Below, in pieces: positions 20,215 to 32,006 of a stretch of 64,000 nt of DNA. How positions within the stretch are numbered: position 1 is the stretch's first letter; each line of letters starts with the position of its first letter. The notes under the pieces were generated by a model, which worked only from the letters and a program-made list of their open reading frames with translations, was not told the DNA's origin and searched no databases. The position numbers and the translations under genes were made by a program. The DNA lies in the NCBI GenBank assembly GCA_963723305.1, contig CAVRRT010000019.1, positions 8,727-72,726 on the forward strand, given 5' to 3'. Origin of the DNA: an uncultured Pseudomonadota bacterium. GTDB taxonomy: Bacteria > Myxococcota_A > Polyangia > Fen-1088.

Positions 20215-21174
20215 ATGAACATGGAAACTACGACCGAGACCGGAATGCCCTCCTCCCCGCCCCTGGCCCCGCCTGACGGCGGCGGCGGTGGCGGACAGCC
20301 ATCGCCCAGCGACGCCCCCATCACCATCCGCGAGATGATGGAGGCGGGCGTCCACTTCGGGCACCAGACCAAGCGCTGGAACCCGAAGATGAAGAGCTTC
20401 ATCTTCGGCGCCCGCAACGGCATCCACATCATCGACCTGCAGCAGACGGTCCGCGCCTTCAAGCGCGCCTACAACTTCCTGGTCTCCAACGTGGCCCAGG
20501 GGCGCTCGGTGCTGTTCGTCGGCACCAAGAAGCAGGCCCAGGAGGTGATCCGCGAGGAGGCGCTGCGCGCCGGCCAGTTCTACGTCACCAACCGCTGGCT
20601 GGGCGGCACGCTCACCAACTTCAACAGCGTCAAGGGATCGATCGATCGCCTGCACGCCATCGAGAAGATGTCGACCGACGGCACCTTCGAGCGGATGACC
20701 AAGAAGGAGGTCCTCGGCATCACGCGCGAGCGTGAGAAGCTGGAGAAGGCTCTGGGCGGCATCAAGGCGATGACCGAGCTGCCGGGCGCGGTGTTCATCG
20801 TCGACGTGGTCAAGGAGCACATCGCGGTCACCGAGGCGCGCAAGCTGGAGATCCCCATCGTCGCCATCGTCGACACCAACTGCAACCCGGACCTCATCGA
20901 CTACCCGATCCCGGGCAACGACGACGCCATCCGCTCGCTCAAGCTGTTCGCCGGCAAGATCGCCGAGGCCTGCGTGCTGGGCCAGAAGGTGGGGCGCGAG
21001 CGCGCCAACCAGCAGCGCAACGCGCGCGACGAGGGCGGCGGCGAGGAGCCGCAGACCATCCGCGTCTCCTCGGGCGGCGAAGGACCGCGCGTGGAGGTCG
21101 TCTCCCGCCACCGCGGCGAGCTCCCCACGCCGGAAGCCGCCGCCACCCCCGAAGACAAGGAAGAGCGCAGCTAA
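20215..21174 (+). CDS. rpsB: 30S ribosomal protein S2 with a ~35-aa Gly/Pro-rich N-terminal extension
   Basis: [24 protein letters not shown] and the rest are canonical S2. An AAGGA ribosome-binding site sits 6 nt before the second ATG at 20221. Confidence 0.9.
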   Translation: MNMETTTETGMPSSPPLAPPDGGGGGGQPSPSDAPITIREMMEAGVHFGHQTKRWNPKMKSFIFGARNGIHIIDLQQTVRAFKRAYNFLVSNVAQGRSVLFVGTKKQAQEVIREEALRAGQFYVTNRWLGGTLTNFNSVKGSIDRLHAIEKMSTDGTFERMTKKEVLGITREREKLEKALGGIKAMTELPGAVFIVDVVKEHIAVTEARKLEIPIVAIVDTNCNPDLIDYPIPGNDDAIRSLKLFAGKIAEACVLGQKVGRERANQQRNARDEGGGEEPQTIRVSSGGEGPRVEVVSRHRGELPTPEAAATPEDKEERS

Positions 21175-21274
21175 GCATCCGCTTCTGCGCTCTGCCCGTG
21201 TGCTTCTGCCCGCTCTTCCCAGACAACCGAATCTCGCGAACTCTCCGTACGGAACGAAAGAGGACACCCAGGTC

Positions 21275-21937
21275 ATGGCTTCAGAAATCACGGCTCAGAT
21301 GATCAAGGACTTGCGCGAGCGCACCGGCGCCGGCATGGCCGACTGCAAGAAGGCGCTCACCGAGTGCACCGCCGACATGGAGAAGGCCATCGAGTACCTT
21401 CGCAAGAAGGGGATCGCCTCGGCGGCCAAGAAGGCGACGCGCATCGCCGCCGAGGGGACCATCGCCCAGTACCTGCACGGTTCGCGCATCGGGGTGATGG
21501 TGGAGGTGAACTGCGAGACCGACTTCGTGGCGCGCAACCCCGACTTCGTCGGGTTCGCCAAGGAGATCGCCATGCAGATCGCCGCCTTGAATCCGCAGTA
21601 CGTCTCGCAGGACGAGATCCCGGCCGCGGTGCTGGAGAATGAGAAGGCGATCCGCATCGAGCAGGCCAAGCAGTCGGGCAAGCCCGAGGCGGTGTGGGGC
21701 AAGATCGTCGACGGGCAGATCGCCAAGTGGTCCAAGGAGGTCTGCCTGCTCGATCAGGTCTGGGTGAAGGATCCCGAAGGGAAGAAGGACATCCGCGCGC
21801 TGCTCACCGACCTCGTCGCCAAGACCGGCGAGAACGTCCGGGTGCGCCGCTTCCTTCGCTACGAGGTCGGCGAGGGGCTGGAGAAGCGCTCCGACGATTT
21901 CGTGGCCGAGGTGAAGAAGCAAGCGGGACAGGCGTAG
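21275..21937 (+). CDS. tsf: translation elongation factor Ts
   Basis: [24 protein letters not shown] is the UBA-like N-terminus of EF-Ts; the remainder is conserved; immediately downstream of rpsB. Confidence 0.9.
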   Translation: MASEITAQMIKDLRERTGAGMADCKKALTECTADMEKAIEYLRKKGIASAAKKATRIAAEGTIAQYLHGSRIGVMVEVNCETDFVARNPDFVGFAKEIAMQIAALNPQYVSQDEIPAAVLENEKAIRIEQAKQSGKPEAVWGKIVDGQIAKWSKEVCLLDQVWVKDPEGKKDIRALLTDLVAKTGENVRVRRFLRYEVGEGLEKRSDDFVAEVKKQAGQA

Positions 21938-21966
21938 GGTCGGCCCGGACGACCAGGACGACCACC

Positions 21967-22875
21967 ATGGCCAAGGGGAAGGGGAAGAGCCCGTCACCCG
22001 GGCACCGCGGAAACGGCGAGGCGCCGACGGCGCCGAAGACACCGGCAGTGCCCAAGGCTCCCCCACGGCCGCGGGCCAGCTCTTCGGGCGCCACGGAGCA
22101 GGACAGCAAGCTGCCGCTGGCGCCGGGGGTGAAGTACCGGCGCATCCTGCTCAAGCTGTCGGGCGAGGCGCTCATGGGCTCGACCGAGCAGGCGATCGAT
22201 CCGGGCACCCTGTCGCAGATCGCCGACGAGCTGATCGACGTCCATAGCCTGGGGGTGGAGATCGCCCTGGTGATCGGCGGCGGCAACATTTTTCGCGGCG
22301 TGGCCGCCAGCTCCGGCGGCATGGACCGGGCGCACGCCGACTACATGGGGATGCTGGCGACGGTGATCAACTCGCTGGCCCTGCAGGATGCGCTGGAGGC
22401 GCGCGGCGGCCACACCCGGGTGATGACGGCGCTGGAGATGGAGCGGGTGGCCGAGCCGTACATCCGGCGGCGCTCGATCCGCCACCTCGAGAAAGGCCGG
22501 CTGGTGATCTTCGCCGCCGGCACCGGCAACCCCTACTTCACCACCGACACGGCGGCCTCGCTGCGGGCGATGGAGATCGGCGCCGAGATCGTGATGAAGG
22601 CGACCAAGGTCGACGGCGTCTACGACAAGGATCCCAAGAAGCACAAGGACGCCCGGATGTTCCGCCGGCTGTCGTATCTCGACGTCCTCAACCAAAACCT
22701 GGGCGTGATGGACTCGACGGCCATCTCGCTCTGCCGCGACAACAACCTGCCGATTCTGGTCTTCAACATGACCAAGCCTGGGAACATCCGGCGGGTGTTG
22801 CTGGGCGAACCGCTGGGGACCATGGTCCTCGACGAGCGCCGCGAGCCACGCCCCGGTACCACTCTGCCAACCTAG
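21967..22875 (+). CDS. pyrH: UMP kinase; the annotated ATG adds ~50 aa of Pro/Ala/Lys-rich sequence, and an in-frame GTG at 22129 would give a canonical start
   Basis: [14 protein letters not shown] ... GGGNIFRG ... [12 protein letters not shown] ... VDGVYDKDP are UMP kinase signatures. Confidence 0.85.
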   Translation: MAKGKGKSPSPGHRGNGEAPTAPKTPAVPKAPPRPRASSSGATEQDSKLPLAPGVKYRRILLKLSGEALMGSTEQAIDPGTLSQIADELIDVHSLGVEIALVIGGGNIFRGVAASSGGMDRAHADYMGMLATVINSLALQDALEARGGHTRVMTALEMERVAEPYIRRRSIRHLEKGRLVIFAAGTGNPYFTTDTAASLRAMEIGAEIVMKATKVDGVYDKDPKKHKDARMFRRLSYLDVLNQNLGVMDSTAISLCRDNNLPILVFNMTKPGNIRRVLLGEPLGTMVLDERREPRPGTTLPT

Positions 22876-22894
22876 CAACTGACAAGGAGATCCG

Positions 22895-23452
22895 ATGATC
22901 AACGACATCGTGAAAAGCCTGCAGGGCGATCTCGACAAAGGGATCGAGGGCTTCCGCCGCGAGCTCGGCAAGGTCCGCACGGGCCGCGCCAACCTCTCGA
23001 TTCTCGACGGGGTGCGCGTCGACTACTACGGCACGCCGACCCCCTTGAACCAGGTCGCCTCCTGCAACGTCGCCGACGCGCGGCTCATCACCATCAAGCC
23101 CTGGGAGCGCTCGCTCATCCCGGAGATCGAAAAGTCGATCCGCGCGGCGCAGCTGGGACTGAACCCGCAGTCGGACGGCGAGCTGGTGCGGCTCCCGATG
23201 CCGGCGCTCACCCAGGAGCGGCGGCAGGATCTGGTCAAGGTGGTCAAGAAGATGGCCGAGGAGGCCAAGGTCGCCCTGCGCGGCGCGCGCCGCGACGCCA
23301 ACGAGATGATCAAGGAGGCGCTCAAAGAAGGCGCCATCACCGAGGACGACGAGCACAAAGGGCTGAAAACGGTCCAGGAGACCACCGACAAATCGGTGCT
23401 CAAGATCGATGAGATCGTCGCCAAAAAAGAAGCTGAGATCCTGGAGGTCTGA
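22895..23452 (+). CDS. frr: ribosome recycling factor
   Basis: 185-aa ORF with the typical RRF length and charge pattern, positioned after pyrH as in the conserved cluster. Confidence 0.85.
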   Translation: MINDIVKSLQGDLDKGIEGFRRELGKVRTGRANLSILDGVRVDYYGTPTPLNQVASCNVADARLITIKPWERSLIPEIEKSIRAAQLGLNPQSDGELVRLPMPALTQERRQDLVKVVKKMAEEAKVALRGARRDANEMIKEALKEGAITEDDEHKGLKTVQETTDKSVLKIDEIVAKKEAEILEV

Positions 23453-23454
23453 TC

Positions 23455-23844
23455 GTGGCACTACTCTTTCGCGAAGCGCACGCGGCGCCCGACAAAAAAC
23501 GAATCAACGAGGAGTACTTCATCCTGGAGAACGCCGGCGCGACGTCGGTCAACACCGGCGGGCTGCAGGTCATCGCCGCCAAGAAGGGTAAGCGCGGGTC
23601 GGTGCTGGGGGTGATCGATCCCGGCTTCATGCTCCAACCGGGCGAGAAGATCGTGGTCGTCTCGGGCGTCCCCGGAAAGAAGTCGCACGGCGAGCCGCCG
23701 ACGCGCGAGGGGATGCGCACCTATCACCTGTTCCAGCGCGAGGCGCTGCTGCACGGCCAGGGGACGCTCATCAGGCTGGCGATGAATCAGGTCGAGGTCG
23801 CCCGTTTGCTTTACGATCCCGCCACCGCCACCGGCCTGGCGTGA
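23455..23844 (+). CDS. hypothetical protein, possibly a lamin-tail-domain-like beta-sandwich; GTG start 2 nt after the frr stop
   Basis: 129-aa ORF. EEYFILENAGATSVNTGGL resembles the EFVEL.N.G...L.GW strand of LTD domains. Confidence 0.3.
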   Translation: MALLFREAHAAPDKKRINEEYFILENAGATSVNTGGLQVIAAKKGKRGSVLGVIDPGFMLQPGEKIVVVSGVPGKKSHGEPPTREGMRTYHLFQREALLHGQGTLIRLAMNQVEVARLLYDPATATGLA

Positions 23845-23857
23845 TAAGGATTTGGCT

Positions 23858-24151
23858 ATGCCCAAGTATCAGGTCGACATCCCACACGACCTCCCCGTCG
23901 CCGACGCCAAGCAGCGCATCTCCGGCCTCACCGAGAAGCTGACGCGCGACTACGGCGCGGCCTGCACCTGGAAAGGGGAGACCGCGCTGTCGGTCTCCCG
24001 CAAGGGGCTCGACGCGCTGGTGACGGTCGAACCGTCGCGGGTCCACATCGACATGAACCTCGGTTTTCTCCTCACGCCGTTCGCCGAGAAGATCAAGAGC
24101 GGCATCGCCAAGCAGCTCTCGAACATCCTCGCCGCGCCGCCCGGCAACTAG
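23858..24151 (+). CDS. small hypothetical protein, PHA-granule-associated (PHA_gran_rgn)-like
   Basis: ~98 aa. An AAGGA ribosome-binding site sits 7 nt upstream of the ATG at 23858. Length and pattern resemble the polyhydroxyalkanoic-acid-system family. Confidence 0.3.
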   Translation: MPKYQVDIPHDLPVADAKQRISGLTEKLTRDYGAACTWKGETALSVSRKGLDALVTVEPSRVHIDMNLGFLLTPFAEKIKSGIAKQLSNILAAPPGN

Positions 24152-24174
24152 CCGCGCCAGGATCCTTCGCGGGC

Positions 24175-24946
24175 GTGCGTTTCGTGGAGCTGGAGGAGGC
24201 GCGCGCGGCGTCGGGGCTGCGCGTGGTGGTCGCGACGAACGTGCCGAGCCCCTGGTCGCAGGCCGCGCTCGGCGCCTTCGACATGAAGGGGCTCGACTAC
24301 CTGGCGGTGCGTTTTCGGCGCGGCGACGAAGAGATCAAGCGCTGGACGGGCGCGCGCAACGTGCCGGTCGTGCTGCTCGACGACGAGCCGCCGCGCACGG
24401 GGTGGGCGGAGATTGTCGCGCTGGCGGAGCGGCTCGGCGGGCGCCTGTCGCTCGTGCCCGCGGACGCCGAACAGCGCGCCCGGATGTTCGGCCTCTCGCA
24501 CGAGATCCTGGGCGAGGATGGGCTCGGGGTGGAACGTGCGCCTCTTGCTGACGCATGCGAGCTTCGTGAGCGACGGGCGCCAGGGGTGGCCGAGGCCGGT
24601 GGCGGAGTATCTGGCGCCCCGCTACGGCTACGCGCCCGAGCGCGTTGCGGCGGCGCGCGCCCGCGCGGTCGGCACGCTGCGCCTCCTCGACGGCGTCCTG
24701 GCCGAAAGTCGGGCCCGCGGGGACGACTACTTCCTCGGCCCGGCGCCGACGGCCCTCGACCTGCACGCGGCCGTGGGGCTGGCGCCGATTTGGCCGCTGC
24801 CCGAGGAAGAGTGCCCGATGCCGGCGCCCGTCCGCCACGCCTTCGAGACGCTCGACGACGAGGTGAAGGAGGCCGTGTCGCCCGCCTTGCTCGCGCACCG
24901 GGCGCTCATGTTCAGCCGCCACCTCGTGTTGCCGGTACGCTGCTGA
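24175..24946 (+). CDS. glutathione S-transferase-like protein; frameshift near 24520
   Basis: The N-terminal thioredoxin-like half is in the 24175 frame. The GST C-terminal helical half (YFLGPAPTALDLHAAVGLAPIWPL) is in the 24413 frame. Confidence 0.45.
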
Positions 24947-25822
24947 GGGCAGCGCCCACCTCCTCGTCGGTGGCGTCGGCGCCGCCGGTGATCACCTGGC
25001 ACGCGTCGGCCGGCGGGGTGAACGCGGCGAGGCGGGCGTCGCGCTCGCCCAGCCCAGGGAGGTAGCCGGCGACGAGCCCGACGGCGTCGTTCTCGATGGC
25101 GACGACGGCCGCGGCGGCCAGCGCGCGCAGCCGATCGTCGCCGACCGGCAGATCGAGCGCCGCCAGCAGGGAGAGGCGGCCCGGATCCCAGGCGACGCCG
25201 AGGGGCGCGCCGAAGGTCTCGCGCAAAATGCCGACCTCGCGTGGGCTGGGTGACTGCCAGGGGGTGACCCCCACTTGCACCGCCAGCCGCAGGCCGGCGA
25301 CGTCGGCGGCGCGCAGGAGCCGCTCGAACGCCCACTGGCAAGCGTCCAGAATTTCTGGCGCCTGCGCGCGGCGTTCGCCCAGCGCGGCGGCCAGCAGCTC
25401 GCCCCCAGGCTCTCCCGCCCCATCGCCCGGCGCGCGAACGCCTGCGCGAAGGCCGCGGCGTCGGCGGAGAGCGCCACGGGGCCGAAGTCGACGACGGCGA
25501 CCTGCGCGCCGAACGAGCCGGCGGCCGCCAGGCCGCGCATGGCGAGGGCGATCGCCGCTTCGCGCTCGTCGCGGGCCGGCGCGGCGAGGCGCGGCAGCCG
25601 GCGCCCCGGCGAAAGAACCCGCTCGGGGAGCGGCAGCGCGATCGACGGGATGGCCAACCCGAGGCGGAGCGCCGTGCCGACCAGCGGCGCCTGCGCGAGG
25701 GTCTCGAGGTCACACCCGCCGCCCAGATGGATCCCGCCGGCCCCGGTCTCCGCGGCAAGCCGCGTGATCCGCTCGCCACCATCGGCGCGCGGCGGGCGGA
25801 GGTCGGTGGCCAGAAAACCCAT
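24912..25822 (-). CDS. sugar phosphate isomerase/epimerase (xylose-isomerase-like TIM barrel) family protein; frameshifted
   Basis: The N-terminal part is in ORF 24992-25822 and the C-terminal part in ORF 24912-25280. This is a weak family-level call. Confidence 0.3.
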
Positions 25823-25889
25823 TCGCCGACGCAGGATAGCGCTTTGAATCGGATCTCGACGCTGATATAAATGGCCGTCGCCGCTTACG

Positions 25890-27930
25890 GTGGCAGCTCG
25901 GTGGAGCCGGACGTTCGGGCTCCTGTTCTACCGGAGGTGTTCATGTTCGTCTCGCCCACGCCGGGGTTTGATCCAGGCGGCCGTCATCGCGGCGGCCGTG
26001 ACCGGCTTCTCGCTTCCGCCCACGCCCAGCTGCAAATCGCGCCGGTCGACCTGGAGATGTTCCGCCCGGCGATGGACTCGAAGGGGTTCATCACGCGTCA
26101 ACTCGTCGGCGTGTGCTCGGGGCAGGGCGATCTCTCGTTCGGCCTCGTCACCTCCTACGCGCGCAAGCCGCTGGTGTTGAACGGCAACGCGGACGTTCGG
26201 CGGCCAGCAGAACCAAGTTCAGCCGTCGACAACGCTGGTGACGCCGTCGCTACAGGCCGCGGTCGGCTTCACCCACCTCCCCCACCTGGGCTTCGAGCTG
26301 GGGGTGATCCTGCCATGGCGATCATCTCGGGGCAGAGCTACCCGAGCAACCCCGGCACGGGCGCCGCCAACACCGGCCAGGACTGGACCTTCACCAGCCA
26401 GGGGCTGGGCGACCTGCAGGTCCACCCCAAGATCCGGCTCATGAACGCCACCCGCAACGGCCTCGGGCTCGCGATCATCCCGTCCGTGATCCTGCCGACC
26501 GGCGACAAGAGCACCTTCTTCGGCGAGGGGCAGACCATCTTCCAGCCCACCGCGGTCATCGACACCGAGCTCGGGTACCTGGGCCGCTTCCGCGCCGCCA
26601 TCAACGGCGGGATGCGTATCCGCCCGCACCACTCGGTCTTCACGGACGACCCGCAAGCGTTCAGCACCACCGCCAACATGCCGGCCCCGAACTTCATGAC
26701 CGCCGACATCACCACCCACGCCGGCATCGACATGGGCAGCGAGTTCTTGGGCGGCGTCGGCCTCTCCTACGGCATCGTGCCGCAGAAGTTCGACCTCGTC
26801 GGCGAGGTCTACGGCAGCTACGGCACCGAACTCGAACAAGCTCAACGCAGACGGCACCACCAGCAAGATGGGCCCCTCGGCCGAGGCGATCGCCGGCATC
26901 AAGCTCTACCTGGCGCGCAACTCGTTCTTCGAGCTGGGCGGCGGCTACCGAGATGGCTGACGGCTACGGCGGCGGCGCGCCGCGCGCCTTCATCGGCTTC
27001 ATCTTCGAGCCGTCGATCGGCGACCGCGACGGCGACGGCTACAAGGACGACGTCGACCAGTGCCCCGACGATCCCGAGGACTTCGACGACTTCGAGGACG
27101 CCGACGGCTGCCCCGATCCCGACAACGACAAGGACGGCATCCCCGACGTCGACGACAAGTGCCCGAACGATCCGGAGACCAAGAACGGCTACCAGGACGC
27201 CGACGGCTGCCCCGACAACACCACCTTCGACCGCGACGGCGACGGCATCCCCGACGACATCGACAAGTGCCCCGACGATCCCGAGGACAAGGACAACTTC
27301 GAGGACGCCGACGGCTGCCCCGATCCCGACAACGACAAGGACGGCATCCCCGACAAGAACGACCTGTGTCCGAACGATCCCGAGGACAAGGACGGCTTCG
27401 AGGACAACGACGGCTGCCCCGATCCCGACAACGACCACGACCGGATCCTCGACAAGGACGACAAGTGCCCGAACGAGCCCGAGACCTACAACGGGTATCA
27501 GGACGCCGACGGCTGCCCCGACAAGGGCAAGGTCATCGTCCACAAGGGCAAGCTGGAGATCCTGGACAAGATCTACTTCGAGACGGACAAGGACGAGATC
27601 AAGTCGGTCTCCTTCCCGCTGCTCGACGCCATCGCGGCCACCCTCAACGGCAACCCGCAGATCGACCTCATCGAGATCCAGGGGCACGCCGACGAGCGCG
27701 GCGACGACGCCCACAACCTCGATCTGACGGAGCGGCGCGCGCACTCGGTGCTGGTGGCGCTGGAGCAGCGCAACGTCCTGCCCAGCCGGCTCAAGAGCCA
27801 CGGCTACGGCGAGACCAAGCCAATCTGCATGCAGCACAACGAAGACTGCTGGAGCCAAAATCGCCGCGTCGAGTTCATCATCCTCAAGCGCTCCGACGAA
27901 GCGAAGCTCCAGGGCGGCGAAGGCCAGTAG
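25890..27930 (+). CDS. outer-membrane protein with an N-terminal beta-barrel, about 9 thrombospondin type-3 Ca-binding repeats and a C-terminal OmpA domain; at least 2 frameshifts in the barrel part
   Basis: Repeated D.DGDG.PD..D.CP motifs run from 26990 to 27500. The OmpA-like C-terminus reads IEIQGHADERGDDAHNLDLTERRAHSVL ... NRRVEFI. Confidence 0.75.
26990..27500 (+). repeat. array of thrombospondin type-3 (Ca-binding) coding repeats
   Basis: About nine degenerate 36-45-nt units encoding D.DGDG(I/Y)PD..D.CP, inside CDS 25890-27930. Confidence 0.8.
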
Positions 27931-27948
27931 ATCGAAGGCCGGTAGCAC

Positions 27949-28854
27949 GTGCCCAGCGCGTCCGATCTGGTCGTCGGGCTCGGCCAAGTCACGGTCGAGA
28001 TGCTTGGCGTGGGGCCGCGCTCGGCGGAGACGGTGGTCGAGCTCGCCACCTTCAGCATCCAGACCGGCGGCGCCGTGGGGACCACCCTGGCGACGGTGGC
28101 GGCGCTCGGCGGGCGCGCGCGCTACTTCGGCCGGCTCTCCGACGACGAGTTCGGAGCGATCGTCCTGCGCGGGCTCAAGGAGTTCGGCGTCGACGTCTCC
28201 CAGGTGCTCATCGAGCCGGGTAAGGTGTCACCCGCGTCGTTCGTGATGGTCGATGAGCGGACGGGCCGCCGGCTGGTCCGCTTCACGCGCGGCAGCACGA
28301 CGCCGATCGATCCGGGCGAGCTCCCCCGCAACCTGTTAGACGACGCGCGCATCTTGCTCGTCGACGGCCGCACACCCAACACCGAGGTCGCCGCCGCCGA
28401 GAAGGCCAAGGCCCTGGGCATCACCGTGCTGCTCGACGCCCGCCGCCTGGGCGCGGGGATGGGCGAGCTGCTCGATCTGTCGGACATCGTCATCGGCAAC
28501 GAGCGGTTCGCCGCCGAGTTCTCGCACTCCTCGGACATGAAGCGCAGCCTGCTCGAGCTGACCCAGATGGGGCCGAAGATCGCCGTCATCACGCTGGGCG
28601 AGGAGGGAGCGATCGCGCTCGAGGGGGAGACTCTGGTTCGCCAGCCGGCGCTTCCCATCGAGGTCTACGACACCACCGGCGCCAGCGAGGTCTTTCGCGG
28701 CGCCTTCATCTACGGGACGCTGCAGGGATGGCCGCTCGACCGCTGCCTTCCGTTCGCCAACGCCGCCGCCGCGCTCAACTGCCGCCACCTCGGCGGCACG
28801 GGCGGTATCCCCACGCTCTCCGAAGTGACCCGCGCCGCGGGATTGTCGGCCTGA
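27949..28854 (+). CDS. PfkB-family carbohydrate kinase (ribokinase-like)
   Basis: 301-aa intact ORF ending in DTTGASEVFRGAFIYG, the PfkB anion-hole/catalytic motif; GTG start. Confidence 0.7.
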   Translation: MPSASDLVVGLGQVTVEMLGVGPRSAETVVELATFSIQTGGAVGTTLATVAALGGRARYFGRLSDDEFGAIVLRGLKEFGVDVSQVLIEPGKVSPASFVMVDERTGRRLVRFTRGSTTPIDPGELPRNLLDDARILLVDGRTPNTEVAAAEKAKALGITVLLDARRLGAGMGELLDLSDIVIGNERFAAEFSHSSDMKRSLLELTQMGPKIAVITLGEEGAIALEGETLVRQPALPIEVYDTTGASEVFRGAFIYGTLQGWPLDRCLPFANAAAALNCRHLGGTGGIPTLSEVTRAAGLSA

Positions 28855-31262
28855 CTACTTGGGGCCGGTCGTCTTGGGCTCGACGCCGAGGTGGCCGGGG
28901 AGGCCGGCGCCGGCGTAGAAGGCCTCGCTGACGTTGGCCGCCGTCCCCCAGCGCGCCTTCGACCAGGTCGTCTCGTAGGCGTGGAGCAGGCCCAGCACGC
29001 CGCGCATCCCGCGCAGCGCGATGGGGTGGTCGGCGGCGACGTCCTTCTGCTCGCGCGGATCGGCGAACTCGTCGTAGAGCTCCATCCGCCCCGGCCCCTT
29101 GTGGACGAGCCGGTAGCGATCGACCTTGAGGCCGCGGGCGACCTGCCCGTCGACGGTGAGCGCGGCGCGCGGCGCGACGCCCACCTCGTCGAACACCAGC
29201 GGCACCAGCGTCGCCCCCTGCATCTTCGGATCGGGCTTGGCGCCCGCCAGATCGAGCAACGTCGGCGCGATGTCCATCATCTCGACGTCGCCCTCGACCA
29301 CGGTGCCCTTGGGGAGCAGGCCGGGCGCGCGGATGATCATCGGGACGTGCGTCAGCTCCTGGTACACGGTGTCGCCGTGGCCGACGCTGCCGTGTTCGTA
29401 GAACTGGTCGCCGTGGTCGGAGACCACGATGACCACCGAGGTGTCGTAGACGCCCAGCGCCTTGAGGTCGGCGATGAACTTGGCGAAGAGCGCGTCGCTG
29501 CCGGTGATCTCGGCGTCGTGCAGCGCCTCGAGATACGCCTTGTCGTTGTCGTTGATCTTGAGCTTGCCGCCCTTGATGAGCCCCAGCTGCACGCCTGTCA
29601 GAACCGGCTTCAGCGGCCCCACGTAGGGCTTGTCCCAGTACTTGACCAGGAACTCCTTCTTCGGCGTGTAGGCCACGTGCGGCTCGATGGTGGCCAGGTA
29701 GAGGAACTGCCGCTTCGACAGGAGCGGCGTGAGCCAGGTCTTGGCTGTCTTCCAGAGGTAGTCGGCGCCGTTGGGGAGCGACTCGCGGATGAAGTTGCGG
29801 TTGACGTCCCAGCCGCGATCGAACCCCCACTTCGCCGAGATGTAGCCGTTCGAGGAGAACATCCCGGTCCTGTAGCCGTCGCGCTTGAGCTCCTCGGCGA
29901 CGAAGGGGACCGTGGGCGACAGCTTGGAATCGGCCGCGGTCGCCCGGTGCACCGTGGGGTAGACGCCCGTCAGCAGCGAGGCGTGCGAAGGGAGCGACCA
30001 GGTCCCCTGCACCGTCGCCCAGGCGAAGCGGGTCGCGTCGGCCGCGAAGGCGTCGTAGTTCGGCGTCAGCACCCGCGTCTTCGGGTTGTAGGCGTGCATC
30101 TTGTCGGCGCGGAAGGTGTCGACCATCCAGACGTAAATGTGATCGAAGCGGGGCTGGGGCGTCGGCGGCGCGACGTGCGGCGGCGCCTTGACGACGACGC
30201 GCGGCTCGGCCCAGGCGACCGCCCCCCCGCGGGCCACGAAGTCGATGCGCGCCGCGTGCCCGGCGGCGGCGCCGCAGTCGAGCAGAAGATCGTTCCAGCG
30301 CGCGGCGATCGGCCCCTCGTGCAGCGTCCGCGCCGGCCGCCCGTCGACCGCCACGCGCACGAGCGCCGTACCGCCCCCTGCCCCCTCGCCCCCCACGCCG
30401 ACCGACAGGTGCGCGCCGGCTGGAAGCTGCACGTAGTACGAGACGCGCGACCATGTTCCACCGGGCACCAGCGCCCGCCGCGTCACGCCACCGACGGTCG
30501 TGTCGCGGACGGTTGCGATCGCCAGGTCGACCGGCGCCGCGCTCGGCACAGCCGCAGCCGCAGCCGCCGAGCTAACCGGCCCGAGGGCAATCTGCTCAAT
30601 CGCCGCCGCCGAGCGCTTGCCGCCCGCGATCGTGCTGGCCCCCTTGAACTGCAGCCGCAGGCGGTTGTCGCCCGGATGAAGCAGCCCCGCCGGGACCGTC
30701 AGGTCGTAGCGCTTCTTGGCGCCGGCGACGTCAAGCGTCCCCACCGGCTTCTCGTTGACGAAGATCGACACCTTCTGCGACGGCGCGAGCGCGCGCATGG
30801 TGACTGACAGCGTGCCCGGCCCGGGCGCCGCCCCGCCGGCACCGTCGCCGTCGGTGTCGACCGGCAGGAACGCCAGCGCCCCGAGGCCGTTCACCAGCGA
30901 CGCCGGCTTCCCTTCATCCTTCTCGCCGAGCAGCCAGGAGGTCTTCCAGCCGCCGTCGACATACTTCAAGAAATCGAGCGAGCTCCCGCGTCGACGACCA
31001 GCCGCCCGTCCCGGTGCGAGACCGCGTGCACCCGGTTGGCGATGAAGTCGAACGCCGTCCGGTAGCCACTGGCGTCAGGCGGCGCTGCCGGTGCCGGTGC
31101 GGGCCCAGCCACGGCCACGGCGACCGCCGGGGCATCGAGCGCCATCCCGGCTTCCGGCGCGCGCGCGCAACTCGCGAGCAGGAACGCGGCGGCCGGGAGA
31201 AGACGGGTGCCGCGCGATCGGCCAATCGAGCGGGAGATGATCGCGGAGCCTCGGATGCGCAA
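28855..31262 (-). CDS. sulfatase-family (alkaline-phosphatase superfamily) lipoprotein with a long N-terminal non-catalytic domain; one frameshift near 30970; the TTG start at 31262 is uncertain
   Basis: Signal peptide plus lipobox LLAS-C in ORF 30966-31262. The catalytic core in ORF 28855-30969 reads MVDTFRADKM ... SLPSHASLLTG ... VVIVVSDHGDQF. Confidence 0.6.
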
Positions 31263-31350
31263 AGCCGTCTTCGCAAGTATCGCGCCCGTTCCCCGCCGTC
31301 AAGAACGTGTGCCGGTCCGGGGCCGGCGCTGGCGGCCGCTGCCTGGCGCT

Positions 31351-31989
31351 TCAGCCGGGGGTCGGGAGGGTCCGGCGCATCAACGCCCCCAGGGCGCGCG
31401 ACTCGTCCGAGGTCGCTGCTTCGAGGCGGGCAATCACGCCGCGGCGATCCTCCTCGCTGCGGTTCTGGCCGAGCTTGAACTTCCCTTCGAGGCGGTCGAC
31501 CGCCAGCTCGAACCCGACGATCGCCTGGAGATTCTTCGTCGCGAAGTCTTCGGGGAGCGCGCTCGGGCTCCAGCCGGCGCCCCCTCGCCCCTCGAACGCC
31601 TCGGTCAGCTCGCGCACCAGCGCGGCGACGAAGCCGCGATCGTCCTCCGCTCGAACCACCCGCGCCTGCCCGATGGCGTGAACCACGGCGTAGCTCCAGG
31701 TCGGGACCGCCGGCGCGCTGGCGTACCAGGTCGGCGAGACGTAGGCGTGCGGCCCATGAAAGATGGCCGTCGTCGTGGCACCCTCGCCCATCGCCTGCCA
31801 GTGGCGGTTCGCCCGCGCGACGTGTCCCGCCAGCACAATCTGGTCGGCGCGCCGCCTGATCAGCAGAGGCAGGTGCGAGACCCAGAGCTCCCCCGCCGTC
31901 GGGGTGACCAGCGTGGCGAACGGACGCTGCGCGCAGAGCTCGAGGAGCTGGTCCCGATCCGTCTCGTTGAAGGAGTCCGGGACGTACAT
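31351..31989 (-). CDS. paiB: FMN-binding negative transcriptional regulator (PaiB family)
   Basis: 212 aa. The N-terminal LLELCAQRPFATLVT... block is typical of the PaiB split-barrel. Confidence 0.6.
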   Translation of the reverse strand: MYVPDSFNETDRDQLLELCAQRPFATLVTPTAGELWVSHLPLLIRRRADQIVLAGHVARANRHWQAMGEGATTTAIFHGPHAYVSPTWYASAPAVPTWSYAVVHAIGQARVVRAEDDRGFVAALVRELTEAFEGRGGAGWSPSALPEDFATKNLQAIVGFELAVDRLEGKFKLGQNRSEEDRRGVIARLEAATSDESRALGALMRRTLPTPG

Positions 31990-32006
31990 CTACATTCCGT
32001 GGCCTG

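Noticed and set aside
26990-27500. Regularly spaced repeats considered as a possible CRISPR array
   Set aside because: The repeats are in frame, inside a CDS, and encode the thrombospondin type-3 Ca-binding motif (D.DGDG.PD..D.CP). There are no unique spacers and no cas genes.
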